This document shows positions 11,915 through 23,970 of a stretch of DNA of 64,000 bases, piece by piece. The DNA is from the human T2T-CHM13v2.0 reference genome, Homo sapiens. How positions within the stretch are numbered: the stretch's first letter is position 1; every line of letters starts with the position of its first letter. The stretch lies in the NCBI RefSeq assembly GCF_009914755.1, contig NC_060927.1. One strand, 5' to 3'. The notes under the pieces are model-generated. The model was given only the letters and a program-made list of their open reading frames with translations. It was not told the DNA's origin and did no database searches. Made by a program: the position numbers and the translations under genes.

Positions 11915-12600
11915 CTAAGCAGTCATGAATTTTTTCTTCATAATATTTAGTGGAAAGTATCTTGCTTTTAGGGACTGAATTGTGCCCCCTGCCATTCATA
12001 TGTTAAACCATAACCCCCAGTGTGACTGTATCTGGAGATAGGGTCTTCAGGAAGTAATTAAGGTTAAATGAATTCATAAGGGCAAAGCATTAAACTGTGG
12101 CCTTCTCAGAAGAGGAAAAACATGGAGGTGTGTCTCTCTTTCCCCACCACATGAGGACACCATGAGAAGGCAGCAATCTGCAAGCCAGAAAGAGAGCCCT
12201 TACCAGAAACCAAATGAGCCTAAACCTTGCTCCTAGACTTTTTAGTCTCTAGAGTGCAAGAAATAAATTTCTGTTGTTGAAGCCACATGCAGTCTATGCC
12301 TTAATAGACGAATCCACTTCCTTTCCCAGTATATTTCAACTCTGGATTCAGAGCCTTCTCTAATCTCTCCTTAAAGTTCTGTTTTAAATGGCCACTTTTA
12401 TTGCTTTTTAGAAATTTTTCTTTCATTTTCTTTATTTCTTTCAGAAGATCTAAAAGATCTTCACATCTTTCACCTGAAACAGTGGGCTCTTGTATTTACT
12501 TTGAGTTCTTCCCCAAAGAGCCTTTCTTTCCCTCAGTGTCTGGTTCAAAATTCCATCAAGTAAGTGCACATTTAAACAAATGCCATTTCCCTGTATGAAT
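11915..12600 (-). pseudogene. Putative relic exon split by an MLT1A LTR
   Basis: 12600-12317 reads IHTGKWHLFKCALT*WNFEPDTEGKKGSLGKNSK*IQEPTVSGERCEDLLDLLKEIKKMKEKFLKSNKSGHLKQNFKERLEKALNPELKYTGK (2 stops in 94 codons). A strong donor TAG|GTAAGC lies at 11914, beyond the LTR. Confidence 0.55.
11963..12316 (+). mobile_element. MLT1A-like solo LTR
   Basis: ggactgaattgtgcccc...gtgactgtatctggagataggg...taattaaggttaaatga...aataaatttctgttgttgaagccac. Confidence 0.85.
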
Positions 12601-12646
12601 CTAGTGAAGGTTCTTTAATAGCATAGTTCAGTGTGGTGCAGCAGTG

Positions 12647-13030
12647 TTCTTATACTTGTTGGTGGGAATATGTACTGGAGCCACCCTTCTGGAAGGAAGT
12701 CTCACCGTTTGTGCTGAAAGCTTGAAAGTCACTTATATCTTTTGATGCCATAGTTTCACTTCTAGGAATCTGTCCAAAATCAGTGATCAGAGATGCCAAG
12801 AGGATTTTCTAGACAAGAACATTTATCATATCAAAAATAATAAATCCAACTGCATGCCCATCTGTAGAGAAATGCCAACAGAGCTATGCCAATCCACATG
12901 TGGGAATACTACCAATTCCCACATGTGGGAAAACTACCAATTCCCACATGTGGGAAACACCAAGAGAGCATATTTTCAATGGTTCTTAACGATCTGGGGA
13001 AATTTTGATGACATAATAAAGCAACAATGC
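12647..13030 (+). mobile_element. Old L1 (L1ME-like) fragment
   Basis: tacttgttggtgggaat...tttcacttctaggaatct...tgcccatc, degenerate L1 3' region. Confidence 0.55.
12889..12958. repeat. About 25-bp tandem repeat x3 with palindromic core TTCCCACATGTGGGAA
   Basis: Perfect 16-bp palindromes at 12916-12931 and 12941-12956; the first copy is partial. Confidence 0.95.
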
Positions 13031-13881
13031 ACATAATGATTCCATAATTATTATTCTGCAACTATATGGGTATATGCATGTTTTTGAGTGAAATTTTAAC
13101 AGCTGTGATTTTGATTTTGATTTTAAGCGTTTATCTCTTTTCCATCAATTTGCAATAACAAATTTTACTTATAGAGTTGGAAAACATCAATATTCGGTTT
13201 TTAAAATGTTTGGACAGGAGACATCATAGTACTTCTATATACTGTTGGGTTTGTTTTCCTACCACTATAGCCAGGGTAAGGTACTTAGTATGCTTAAGGT
13301 CGTGTTAAGTTCTAACTTATCCTGTGTGTGACTTTTCTTACATCACTTCCCTTTGCTGGGAAATAAAAAAAAAATTCTTAGATACCGGACAAAATTCCTC
13401 CTATTATCCAAATTTCAGATGCAAGCAATATTCTCTGCAAAATTTTCCTGAAGAAGTATAATTACCCTTTTTAACACATTTTAGAGAGTCACTTTATCTT
13501 AGCACCAAACATTGTTCACATACAATAAAGAGGGTATGAAAAGATTTTTCCTGGTGCCTATGAGATTGTTAGCACAAGGAATTGTTTCTTAGGCTGACCC
13601 AAAGATCCAAAGATAAAGTGTTCTCTGGTCTACACCCCTCTGGAGCTTACCCAATGCCAAGCACCTAGAGGGTGCTCAATAAATATTTAATTGAATGGAC
13701 TGTTTGAAAGCTCTTCAAGATAAGACTTTAAAGTTACATTATGTAGTGAACATTCATAGACATAGCCTGACATCTTTATATCTTCATTTTGGTGGTATTG
13801 AATTTATAGTAAGATGAGTATTATAAAATCTTCACAAGTGTCTCAAAAGTAATTATGACACATTGACTGGAAACTCTTTAC

Positions 13882-14017
13882 CTGCATAAGAACTATAGTT
13901 GGATTTCCAACTGTTTAGTTGGGGGTTTGTTCTCAAGAGTACAGCCCTACCTTTTCTGTATTTTGTAATAATAGGTAGCTATGGACCTGTACTTTTACTC
14001 TTTAGAAAATGCACTTG
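13882..14017 (-). pseudogene. Putative relic exon (136 bp)
   Basis: Acceptor cactttatacag and donor CAG|GTAAAG. Frame is ambiguous and probably contains a frameshift. Confidence 0.4.
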
Positions 14018-14378
14018 CTGTATAAAGTGTCAATCATGGAGATACAAATGAGAAATAATAAATTTTACATTGTTAGACTGTTAGTCTCAAAGTACATAGT
14101 TGAGTTGGCTGGTTCACTTAAGAATCATACTAACCTTGTCACAATTCTGCTGAATGAATTTAATGAAATTTGAAATCCAATAATACTAAAATTGTTTATT
14201 TTTTTCTAAAAAATAGCTAGTCATTATGAATGCATAATGTTTATAAATGTAATTGCTTCATAGTTGCTTTGCATTTTATGATTATTACTATGCATATTTT
14301 CTTGCCTATTGGCATTTTAAAACTTTGTGCTGACAAAATCATTTTTAGCTTTCTCATTTAAACAATATTTAAAGCGAC

Positions 14379-14559
14379 CTGGGAAGTCTTCAACATTTTC
14401 ATAAATACCAGATTGTGGGTCTGCCTCAATGAGTGATCGTTCTTGCTGGGTATCAAATCCCATGTTTAGTTTCCAAGCCTCCCAGCAACAGCACTGAGCA
14501 ATCACACTGCAGATTATTTCACGTTTCTAACTGAAGTGCATGCTGTGCTTTGCAAAAAT
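14379..14559 (-). pseudogene. Putative relic exon (181 bp, phase 0-1)
   Basis: Pyrimidine tract tgtgttttcttactgag and weak donor CAG|GTCGCT. IFAKHSMHFS*KREIICSVIAQCCCWEAWKLNMGFDTQQERSLIEADPQSGIYENVEDFP overlaps track ORF 14317-14505. Confidence 0.5.
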
Positions 14560-15097
14560 CTCAGTAAGAAAACACACATACTTATGCATATAAAACCACC
14601 TTTTGTCAGCCTTAGCACAAGAAGATAATAAGTACATGTCTAGTTTTTATAGCATTTATTTTATTGAAGGGATTACAGATTGAGATATTTTTTCTTTATT
14701 TTATTTTATTTTTTCTTTATTTTAAGAAAATTTTTTATTTTTTCTTTATTTTAAGAAAAAAAAATCTGAGCCAAGTTGTTTCATTACAAGTCTAAAATGT
14801 TCAGACTTTTAAATAAAACATAAATAAATATAATAGTTATATATGTATATATATAAAACTGTATATATATATATATAAAACTACATATATATAGTGACCC
14901 CTGCCATGCAGCATTGCACCCTTGTTAAGAGGTAGTAATAATCTGTAATAATTCAGTCAGACATATTTACGCTGTCTTATTAGTAGGTTGGATTAGAAGT
15001 GTATTAAGGAACCGATGAAGTTTCTTACCCACCTATTTAAAGTTTATCTCAGGAAACAATTATTTATCCTAACAGTCTCATATGCAATAGGAACCAC

Positions 15098-15227
15098 CTT
15101 TTCCTGTTCTCCAAACTTTAGGTTAAGATAAATATTCTTGCTTTCTCTAGTCATTTCTTAGGCCCTGGCAGCCTTTTGATGTCTCAACCTCAATAAAAAT
15201 CAAGCAGTTTTCGTAAACAACCTCAAT
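15098..15227 (-). pseudogene. Putative relic exon (130 bp, phase 2-0)
   Basis: Acceptor tgttttaag and weak donor AAG|GTGGTT. LRLFTKTA*FLLRLRHQKAARA*EMTRESKNIYLNLKFGEQEK. Confidence 0.45.
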
Positions 15228-15338
15228 CTTAAAACATGTGTATTTACTTATCCTGTAGGAATCTTTACTTATCTAGCAATATAGAATAGCTATCCTTGAG
15301 AAGCTTTTAAAAGAGTGAATTTCTAAATTTCTTGTCAC

Positions 15339-15736
15339 CCAATTCCCATTTAGCATTAATAAGGAGAGGCAGCATTATGACAGAGTTTCTGAAGGATATG
15401 CAGTTCACTTTTTCGTCAAGAAATGCTAAAATGAAGAATGCTGAGATGTACTCTTGGCTTCTGTATCCCTGAAACAGTTTTTTACAAGGCCATCGAGCCC
15501 GTGTTTGGGGTTATTTTTAAATAAGAAACAGCTCTATGAAAGTTGATTATGTTTGTTTTGAGAATGTTGAGAAAATTTTTCATTTTATTACATGGGGTCT
15601 TCTCTATGAAAATCTTATGAAGAGGTTCCTTTCTTGTCTTAGGATCGTTCTTCTGAGCAACTGCTTTACTTTAATCTTATGGACCCTGAAATTCGTAATA
15701 ACTACTTCTCACTTTTTGCACTGACAATTAAAAAGC
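15339..15736 (-). pseudogene. Putative relic exon; 3' boundary uncertain
   Basis: Acceptor tttatttggttctag. Phase-0 frame AF*LSVQKVRSSYYEFQGP*D*SKAVAQKNDPKTRKEPLHKIFIEKTPCNKMKNFLNILK continues the previous exon. Confidence 0.4.
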
Positions 15737-15949
15737 CTAGAACCAAATAAATGACCCTACCATTCTAATTGCAGTGGCTTCATTTGGTTCCAATTTCATA
15801 TCCTTATCCTTATTTTTCCATTACTGTATGTTTTCACCTTTAAAAAATATAGATGTATAGGTCTCTTTGGGTATTTTATTTAGATACTTTCAATTATATT
15901 CAGAATAAGCTAGCGTACACATATAGGAAAATCATTTAGGATTTTTTAC

Positions 15950-16128
15950 CTTGGCAATAAAACCAATCCTTAATGCTATTCCTACTTCTGGGGTCAGAGA
16001 TTCTATTCTGTTGAGAAGCTTGCCTCTTTCACCTTTAATTATCCTAAGGAGATTCTGGTCTTTCCCTGATGTTTATGGTATTTTTGATCGTTCCTTTAGA
16101 GTACAGAGCACTCCAGGGAGTGTGACTC
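15950..16128 (-). pseudogene. Putative relic exon (179 bp, phase 1-0)
   Basis: Acceptor ttttttttatag and donor AAG|GTAAAA. VTLPGVLCTLKERSKIP*TSGKDQNLLRIIKGERGKLLNRIESLTPEVGIALRIGFIAK, one stop. Confidence 0.55.
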
Positions 16129-16249
16129 CTATAAAAAAAATCTGAGATAAACTTAATCATCTTAACCTTCCAAGGGCATCTCCCATTGTCTTATTTCAGT
16201 GTATATTTAATAGATACAATCCATTCATTTTATGAAGTAATGAAAAGGA

Positions 16250-16780
16250 TTATCCATTCATTTTCCAACTTCTTGACTCATTGATTTGCAGCTTCTCTCA
16301 GTGTGCAATAACATTCAGGTCTGATTTCATACTATTTTTCAATTGCTTTCTCAAAAATATTATTTGATCATCAGCTTCTGTGAGTAAAACAATCCTGAAA
16401 ACTCTTGATCATTTTAAATTTGGCTACCAAGTTTAATTTTATCCAGAGGCCTGACCTTTGGATGTTTGATTCTTCATTTGATTCTTCACCTGATTCCAAG
16501 TCATCATATGCATTGACATTTTCCCCACGTTCAAACTGGCAGATTTTTCCACCTGCTGCGATGGTGTTGTGGTGGTAGAACTAAATTTTTGTGAGGGTCT
16601 TAAACTCTTTCAAGCCACATCAGATCACAATCCAATCTCATTGGTGAAACTGACCTTTTTGTTTTCCCACTGCTCTTTTCAAAGGCTTTTAGCAAACCTT
16701 TTCTGTGCTGCAACCCTATCCATTCCATCATGCTTTCTGCCCACTTATGCTGGGAGAAGTATTTGAGTTCGGAGGCAAGT
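16250..16780 (-). pseudogene. Putative large relic exon with frameshifts; 3' end unclear
   Basis: Strong acceptor cttggttgttcctttcag. Protein-like blocks in shifting frames: DLPPNSNTSPSISG, KSLRPSQKFSSTTTTPSQQVEKS, ENVNAYDDLESGEESNEESNIQRSG, EADDQIIFLRKQLKNSMKSDL. Confidence 0.45.
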
Positions 16781-16979
16781 CTGAAAGGAACAACCAAGTT
16801 TAATGAGAAATTATTTTGACTGCTGTGGGACGAGAAGAACTTTTCTTGTTCACCATAATTTATTTTTTTATTATTTCCTGTATGTGAATTCTATTAAAAA
16901 GTTCAAGTAGTCATTTACTGGATAAATGCTAGACAGATGTAATATGTCAGAAGGTTTTCTAAGCTATAATTCTTCTCAC

Positions 16980-17075
16980 CTTCATTTGATTATTCAGTTT
17001 CTTCATAAAAGTTATTTTATTGCAAACAACTAGTTATAAGCTTAAGTGCATCAACTCAGTAACAATGATGGTACT
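16980..17075 (-). pseudogene. Putative relic exon (96 bp)
   Basis: Acceptor attttaccag and donor AAG|GTGAGA. Phase-1 frame EYHHCY*VDALKLITSCLQ*NNFYEETE*SNE joins both neighbours. Confidence 0.45.
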
Positions 17076-17485
17076 CTGGTAAAATTTTAGATTAACAGTA
17101 GTGAAAATTTTACTTTTATGTATGTCTAGGAATAAGAGCATATCAAAACTCTTGATTGCCAGCAGAATAGAAGCTACAGAATATAAAATCTAAAAGTCAA
17201 AAATTTAATATATTTTACTATTAAAATATTTTGATGTTAAAGACCTCAAGAGCTTGAAGAAAATAAAATTCCAGAGAAGCAGGCCATGTTCATATTTTTA
17301 AAATCGAATGTTCTTTTACATTACAGCAACTTAATTTTAAGAGAAAAGGCATGAAAATAAGAGACTACCTTGTTCTAAAAGACATAGAAACTAATTGTAA
17401 TATTATATAAGAAAATTAAAGTGAGAATGTAAACTTGTTGACTGTCACAATTTAATATTTAATCTATTCAAACATCGAATTTAAC

Positions 17486-17668
17486 CTTTCTCCAAAATTT
17501 TCTTTCCTTTCATGTTTTCATGTTTGTATATCTTAAGCAGCATCTTCTCTATTTTCTTATTTCTTGCCTCATTAATCCCACTTCTTGTCATGTTTTCCGT
17601 GTTCTTGTATACAGTCCTGTTTGATTTAAAATGTAATCCGCACCCATACTCTTTATTCTCTTCCTTTA
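17486..17668 (-). pseudogene. Putative relic exon (183 bp, phase 1-1, fully open)
   Basis: Acceptor ...attaaacag and donor AAG|GTTAAA. KEENKEYGCGLHFKSNRTVYKNTENMTRSGINEARNKKIEKMLLKIYKHENMKGKKILEK has no stop. Confidence 0.55.
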
Positions 17669-17689
17669 CTGTTTAATGAGGACTCAAAA

Positions 17690-18520
17690 ATTATTCAAGA
17701 TTTGCTGAGTAGCTATTATATTCTGGACACTTAGGTAGGCACTGCAGGTACAAAAATGGATAATATGTAAACACTTCTCCTAAGTAGTTCACAGTTCATA
17801 GAAGCCATAAGCAGGTAAAGCAATACTTATTATGTAAAAAGATATGTGAATTAATGAACAGATGGAATTGCCACTTCCCATTCAGAGTGTGCTGTAGTGC
17901 AGAGTTAGAAACAACCATTGGAAAAGGAGGAACAAGCTTCCATAAAAGCAATGATATTTGTCAAAGTAGATGTTTTTGCTTGGCAGAGACAGGATGTAGA
18001 AAACTATATAGATGAAACAGCATCATTCAAGGATTGAAAACATGAAGTAGAATGGTGTGGTCAATGAACTGCATAGAGTTAGTGGGGGTCTAGTGCAAAA
18101 CTCTTGTGGGAAACTGATACAGTGGTGTAAGAATAGTGTTGGCAGAGATGCTTTTCCTATCAATTGTGTAGAAGATGCATAATCATTGAAGAATGATAAA
18201 AAAAGAGGGACAATATTAATTTTCATTTTTCAGCATCACTTTGTTGTCAGGGTGAATGATGACCAAAAGGGGATGAGGCTGGACAGAGGTTGAGAAATCC
18301 ATTAGAGGAGACAAGTCTGGGAGGAAGATTTTGAGATCAGCACTGGGAGTGGAGGAGAGTGAATGGTCGAGAGAAGTATTTACAGTGAGGACTATGTATG
18401 TCTTGGGTGTTGTTTTGTTTTGGAAAGGTGCTGTAAAAATATAATTTAGGAATAAATTCCAGGTTTCTGCTTTGTGTGGGTGGTAATGCAAATAAGATGA
18501 GGCGGTAGTTGCATACATGA
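17690..18520 (-). mobile_element. L2 fragment
   Basis: Degenerate antisense L2 3' end followed by a purine-rich L2-like body. Confidence 0.55.
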
Positions 18521-18529
18521 TTGCTCATT

Positions 18530-18862
18530 AATTTTTTTGTGCATAAGTTTAAAATCTCCGACCTATTGGATACTTGGCCTTGTGACTTCCTTTAGGTAAT
18601 AAAACATGACCAGGAATCTTGTGTTTCTCTACAAGCGGAAATAAAGCTGTAAGAAAAGGCATTTAATTCACATGTTTTCTTTTCTTTCTACCGTAAGACC
18701 TTCAGTGTTCCAAATGGACATTACTGTACCACCTGGATCCCAGGATCAAGAGGACATGAAACAAAGTCCTAGCTAAGCAAAAATATAAATTTATTCCTCT
18801 ATGACAGTTAAATACCAGGGTCATTTGTTAACTGTGCCATCAACTAATCTATCCTGACTGAT
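18530..18862 (+). mobile_element. Old MLT1 (I/J/K-like) LTR
   Basis: ttggccttgtgacttcc...gggtcatttgttaactg...tcctgactgata end. Confidence 0.5.
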
Positions 18863-18967
18863 AAGAGGAATGTACCACTAAAAGGCAAGCTTTGGAGAGG
18901 TGATTAATTCAGCTTTGGACAGGTTGAGACTAGGCCTTGAGGAGGCACTTGTATTTAATAGCATTAG

Positions 18968-19324
<357 letters not shown>

Positions 19325-19369
19325 CTTTTCTTAAGTGATTATTCTATTTTTGGTGTTTTGCGTATTGGA

Positions 19370-19598
19370 AGGCAGTACTGCATAATGGTTAAAGGTACAT
19401 TCTCTAAAGCCACACTGTCTATGTTAGAATTGCAACTGTTTAATCTCAAAGTTTTGATGCTTTGGTTTCCTCATCTGTAAAATAAAGATGATCAATCTGC
19501 CTCATAGGGTTGCTGTGAGAAATAAAGTAAGATACATATCTGCACTTAGAAAACTGTCTGACTCATATTAAGTGCTATGTAATGTTACTGCTACTATT
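19370..19598 (+). mobile_element. MIR
   Basis: ataatggttaa...tttcctcatctgtaaaat...cctcatagggttgctgtgag...gcacttagaa. Confidence 0.85.
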
Positions 19599-20206
19599 TT
19601 TGTATTCATAATTATATACTTTCTAAAGCAAGTGAAATATGCAGGTAGGTATGTTTGTATGACATTCCATTTTCCATTTAGGCTAGAAGAAAAAAATAAT
19701 GAGTAAAAACAATTTCCAGGCTTATCTTTTGAAGAAATCTGTTCTACTGAAAATAATTTTTATTATTTAATGTGAGATTATTTTTTTCTAAGTATAAAAA
19801 AGTGTCTTAAAATTTGATTTGCTAATCAGCCCTTGTAATATACACACCTAGTCTTTATAAGATATGAAAAAATTATTTAAAAACTAAACTAGTCTTTGAA
19901 AATGAAGTTGATCAAAGAAACATACAAATGTCAGTAGACTAATTAAAATAGGAAATAACCTCCTATAGCATGCTCTCAATAATAAGGAAAATTATTCTTA
20001 GGTTATTCTTGGATTCCTTCCTCCTATTTGAGAGCCCAGTAGTCTATTTCTTTTCAACAACAGAATTTTTTAATTAAAATATGGGTTTCTGTTCAAACCT
20101 CAGATAATGAGAAAACTTAAATCACCTAAAATACCCATTTTTTTAATCATTCCCATTAATGAAGGCCCTTCCCCATTAACAAAGGTTGGTGTTGATCAGA
20201 CTAGAT

Positions 20207-23200
20207 CTTTTTTTTTTTTCATTTCCAACTTTTAGGTTCAGGGGATACATGTGCAGGCATGTTACATAGATAAATTGTATGTCTCAGGTGTTTGGTTTAA
20301 AGTTTATTTCATCACACAGGTAATGAGCACAGCACCTGATAGTTTTCAATCTTCGCTCTCATCCCATTCTCCACCCTCAGATAGGCCCCAGTGTCTATTG
20401 TTCCCGTGTTTGTGTCCATGTGTACTCAATGTTTAGCTCTCACTCATAAGTGAGAATACGTAAAATTTGATTTTCTGTTCATACATTAATTCACTTAGGA
20501 TAGGGGCCTCCCAGCTCTATCCGTGTTGCTGCAAAGGACATGTTCTCATTCTTTTCTATGGCTGCCTAGTATTCTATTGTATATCTGTACCATATAATAT
20601 TTTTTTAATCCAGTCCACTCTTGATGGGCATCTAGGTTCATCCATGTCTTTGCTATTGTGAATAGTGCTACTATGAACATATGCATGCATGTGACTTTAT
20701 GGTAGAAAAATTTATATTTTGGGGGGTACATACCCTGTAACAGAATTGCTGGGTAAAATGGTAGTTGTGTTTTAAGATCTTTAAGAAATCTCCAAACTGC
20801 TTCCCACACTGGCTGGATTAATTTACATTCCCACCAGTAGCGTATAAGGGTTCCCTTTTGTCCACAACCTCACCAGCATCTGTTACTTTTTGACCCTTTA
20901 ATTATAGCCATTCTGACTGGCATGAGATGGTATCTCATTGTGGTTTTGATTTGCATTTCCCTGGTGATTACCAATGTTGGGCATTTTTTCATATGCTTGT
21001 TGACGACATGTATGTCTTCCTTTGAGACGTGTCTGTTTACATCTTTTACTCACTTTTTAATGGGCTTGATTGTTTTTTGCCTGCTAATTTAAGTTCCTTA
21101 TAGATGCTGATATTAGACCTTTGTTGGATGCAGTGTGCAAATATTTTCTCCCATTCTGTAGGTTGTTTTTTTTATTCTGCTGATAGCTTTGTTTGCTCTG
21201 CAGAAGCTTTTGAGTTTGAGTAGGTCCTACTTTTCAATTATGGTTTTCTTTGCAATTGCTTTTGGAGTCTTCATCATGAAATCTTTGCTGGAGCCTAGGT
21301 ACACAATCATATTTCCTAGGTTTTCTTCTAGCGTTTTTATAGTTTTAGGTTTTACATTTATGTCTTTAATCCATCTTGAGTTGATTTTTGTATATGGTAA
21401 AAAGAAGTGGTACAATTTCATTCTTCTGCATATGGCTAGCCAGTTATCCCAGCATAATTTATTGACTAAGGACTCCTTTCCCCATTGGTTGTTATTACTG
21501 ATTTTGTTGGAGATCAGATGGTTGTAGGTGTGTGGCTTTATGTCTGGGTTCTCTAACTTGTTCCATTAGTCAATGTGTCTATTTTTGTATCAGTACTATG
21601 CTGTTTTGGTTACTGTAGTCTTAGAATGTAGTTTGAAGTCAGGTAGTGTAATGCATCTGGCATTGTTCGTTTTGCTTAGGATTTATTTGATTAGTCAGGC
21701 TCTTTTTGGTTCCATATGAGTTTTAGAATAGTTTTTTTTCCCTAATTCTATAAAAACTGTCATTCATGGTTTGATAGGAATAGCACTGAATTTGGACATG
21801 GCTTTGGGCAATGTGGCCATTTTAGTGATATTGATTCTTCTAATCCATGAGCATGGACTGTTTTCCATTTCATGAAATGATTTTTTTCAGCAGTGTTTTG
21901 AAATCCTCACTGTAGGGATCTTTTCACTGATTTCTTTCACCAGTGTTTTGTAATTCTCATTGTAGAGATGTTTTACCTCCCTGAATAGCTGTATTCCTGG
22001 GTATTTTATTCTTTTTGTGGCTAATATGAATGGAATTTTGTTGTTTATTTGGCTCTCAGATTAGATATTGGATGCTTTTTGTACATTGATTTTGTATCCT
22101 GAAATGCTGCTGAAGTTGTTTATCAGATCTATGAGCTTTTGGGCAGAGACTATGGGATTTTCTAGGTATAGAATCATATTGTCTGCAAAGGGAGATATAG
22201 TTTGACTTCATCTCTTCTTATCTGGATGCTTTTTATTTATTTCTGTGGTCTGGTAGCTCTGGCTATGACTTCTAGGACTAAGTGGAATAGGAGTGGGAAG
22301 AATGGACATTCTTTTCTTTTTCCAGTTCTCAAGGCGTATGCTTCCAGGTGTCATCTGTTCAGCATCATGTCAGTTGTGGGTCTGTCATAGATTGCTCTTA
22401 CTATTTTGAGGTGTGTTCCTTTGATGCCTAGTTTGTTGAGGGTTTTTAAAATGAAGGGATGCTGAATTTTATTGAAAGACTTTTCTGCGTTTATTGAGAT
22501 GATCATGTAGTTTTTATTTTTGGTTTTGGTTATGTGATGCATCACATCTGTTGATTTGTGTATGTTGAATCAACTTTGCCTTCCAAGAAAGCCTACTCGA
22601 TTGTGGCTTTAGCTTTTTCATGTGCAGCTGGATTCAGTTTGCTAGTATTTAGTTGAGGATTTTTGCATCTATGTTTGCATTAATACCTGTTTTTGCATCA
22701 ATATTAGGGATATTAGCCTGAAGTTTTCTTTGTTATTGTGTCTCTGCAGGGTTTTGCTATCAGAATGATGCTTGCCTCACTGCATGAGTTAGGGAAGAGA
22801 CCCCCCTTCTCAATTTTCTTGAAATAGTTTCAGTAGGATTGGTACCAGCTCTTCTTTATACAATGGGTAGAATCTGGCTGTGAATTCATGTAGTCCAGGG
22901 CTTTTTCTGGTTTGTAGGCTTTTTATTGCTGATTCAACTTTGGAATTTGTTATTGATCTTCAGGACAGGGCTTCAGTGTCTTTTTCATTGAATTTTGGGA
23001 GCTTGCATGTTTCCAGGAATTTATCCATTTCTTCTAGATTTTCTAGTTTATGTGCATAGAGGTGTTCATAAGAGTCTCTGGGGGACTTTATATTTCTGTG
23101 GAGTCACCGGCAATGTCCCCTTTTTATTTGGATCTTCTCTTTTTTTCATTATTAGTCTAGCTAGCAGTTTATCAATCATATGTATTCTTTCAAGGAACCA

Positions 23201-23874
23201 ACCTGTTGCTTTATTGATATTTTATATGATTTCCTGCCTCTTCATTTCATTACATTCAGCTCGGGTTTGGGTTATTTTCTTCTGCTAGTTTTGGGTTGGT
23301 TTGCTCTTTTTTTTCTAGTTCTTCTAGAGGCGATGTTAGGTTGGTTGTTAGTTTGAGATCTTTCTTATTTTCGGTGTAAGTGTTTAATGCTTTACTTTCC
23401 TATTAACACTGCTTTAGCTGTGTCCCAGAGATTTTGATAATACCTTCATTTTCATTAGTTATAAAGAATTTCTTGATTTATGCCTTAATTTCATTATTTA
23501 CCCAAAAGTTATTCAGAAGCAGGTTTAATTTCCATGTAATTGTATGATCTTGATGGATCTTCTTGGTATTAATTTATATTTTTATTGTGCTGTTGTCCAA
23601 GGGTGTAGTTGATATGATTTTTTTTTTCAATTTGTTGAGAATTGCTTTATGGCTGAGCATGTAGTCAATTTTAAGGTATGTACTATGTGCAGATGAGAAG
23701 TATGTATATTCTCTTGTTGGGTGGAGTGTTTTATAGATATCTGTTAGGGCTATTTGGTCAAGTGTCTATTCAGGTCCCAAATATCTTATTAGTTTTCTGC
23801 CTCGATGATCTGTCTAATGTCGTCGGTAGATTATTGAAGTCTCCTGCTATGATTGTGTGGCTATCTAAGTTTCT
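20207..23874 (-). mobile_element. 5'-truncated L1 (older L1PA, about L1PA13-16), ORF2 remnant
   Basis: PolyT plus 3' UTR; track fragments match ORF2p ([25 protein letters not shown]; [21 protein letters not shown]). A 50-bp internal duplication lies at 21878-21977. Confidence 0.95.
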
Positions 23875-23970
23875 ACCATTTCTTGTTGGCTGTCCACAGC
23901 TCTCTGCAAAGCTGCTTATTCCTAAGAAGGCCTGTATTCTGGTCTAGGCAGGTTATCAAAGTCTGCTGTG
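23875..23970 (-). pseudogene. Putative relic exon 5' part, abutting the L1 insertion
   Basis: Acceptor tgttgtctttttaaatttag. Frame QQTLITCLDQNTGLLRNKQLCRELWTANKKW runs into the L1 5' end. Confidence 0.35.

Noticed and set aside
5358-12958. Short repeat arrays (5358-5444 and 12889-12958) resembling CRISPR
   Set aside because: Primate DNA, no unique spacers and no cas genes. They are plain tandem repeats.
13882-16128. Vague resemblance of relic peptides (AFSKE*KYRSIATYYYK, GIALRIG) to TPR/TTC3-like proteins
   Set aside because: Only a few residues recalled from memory and the order is not convincing. No gene name is assigned without a search.
20546-22545. Reverse-transcriptase-like ORF pieces
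   Set aside because: Fragmented L1 ORF2 in a truncated, inactive element.
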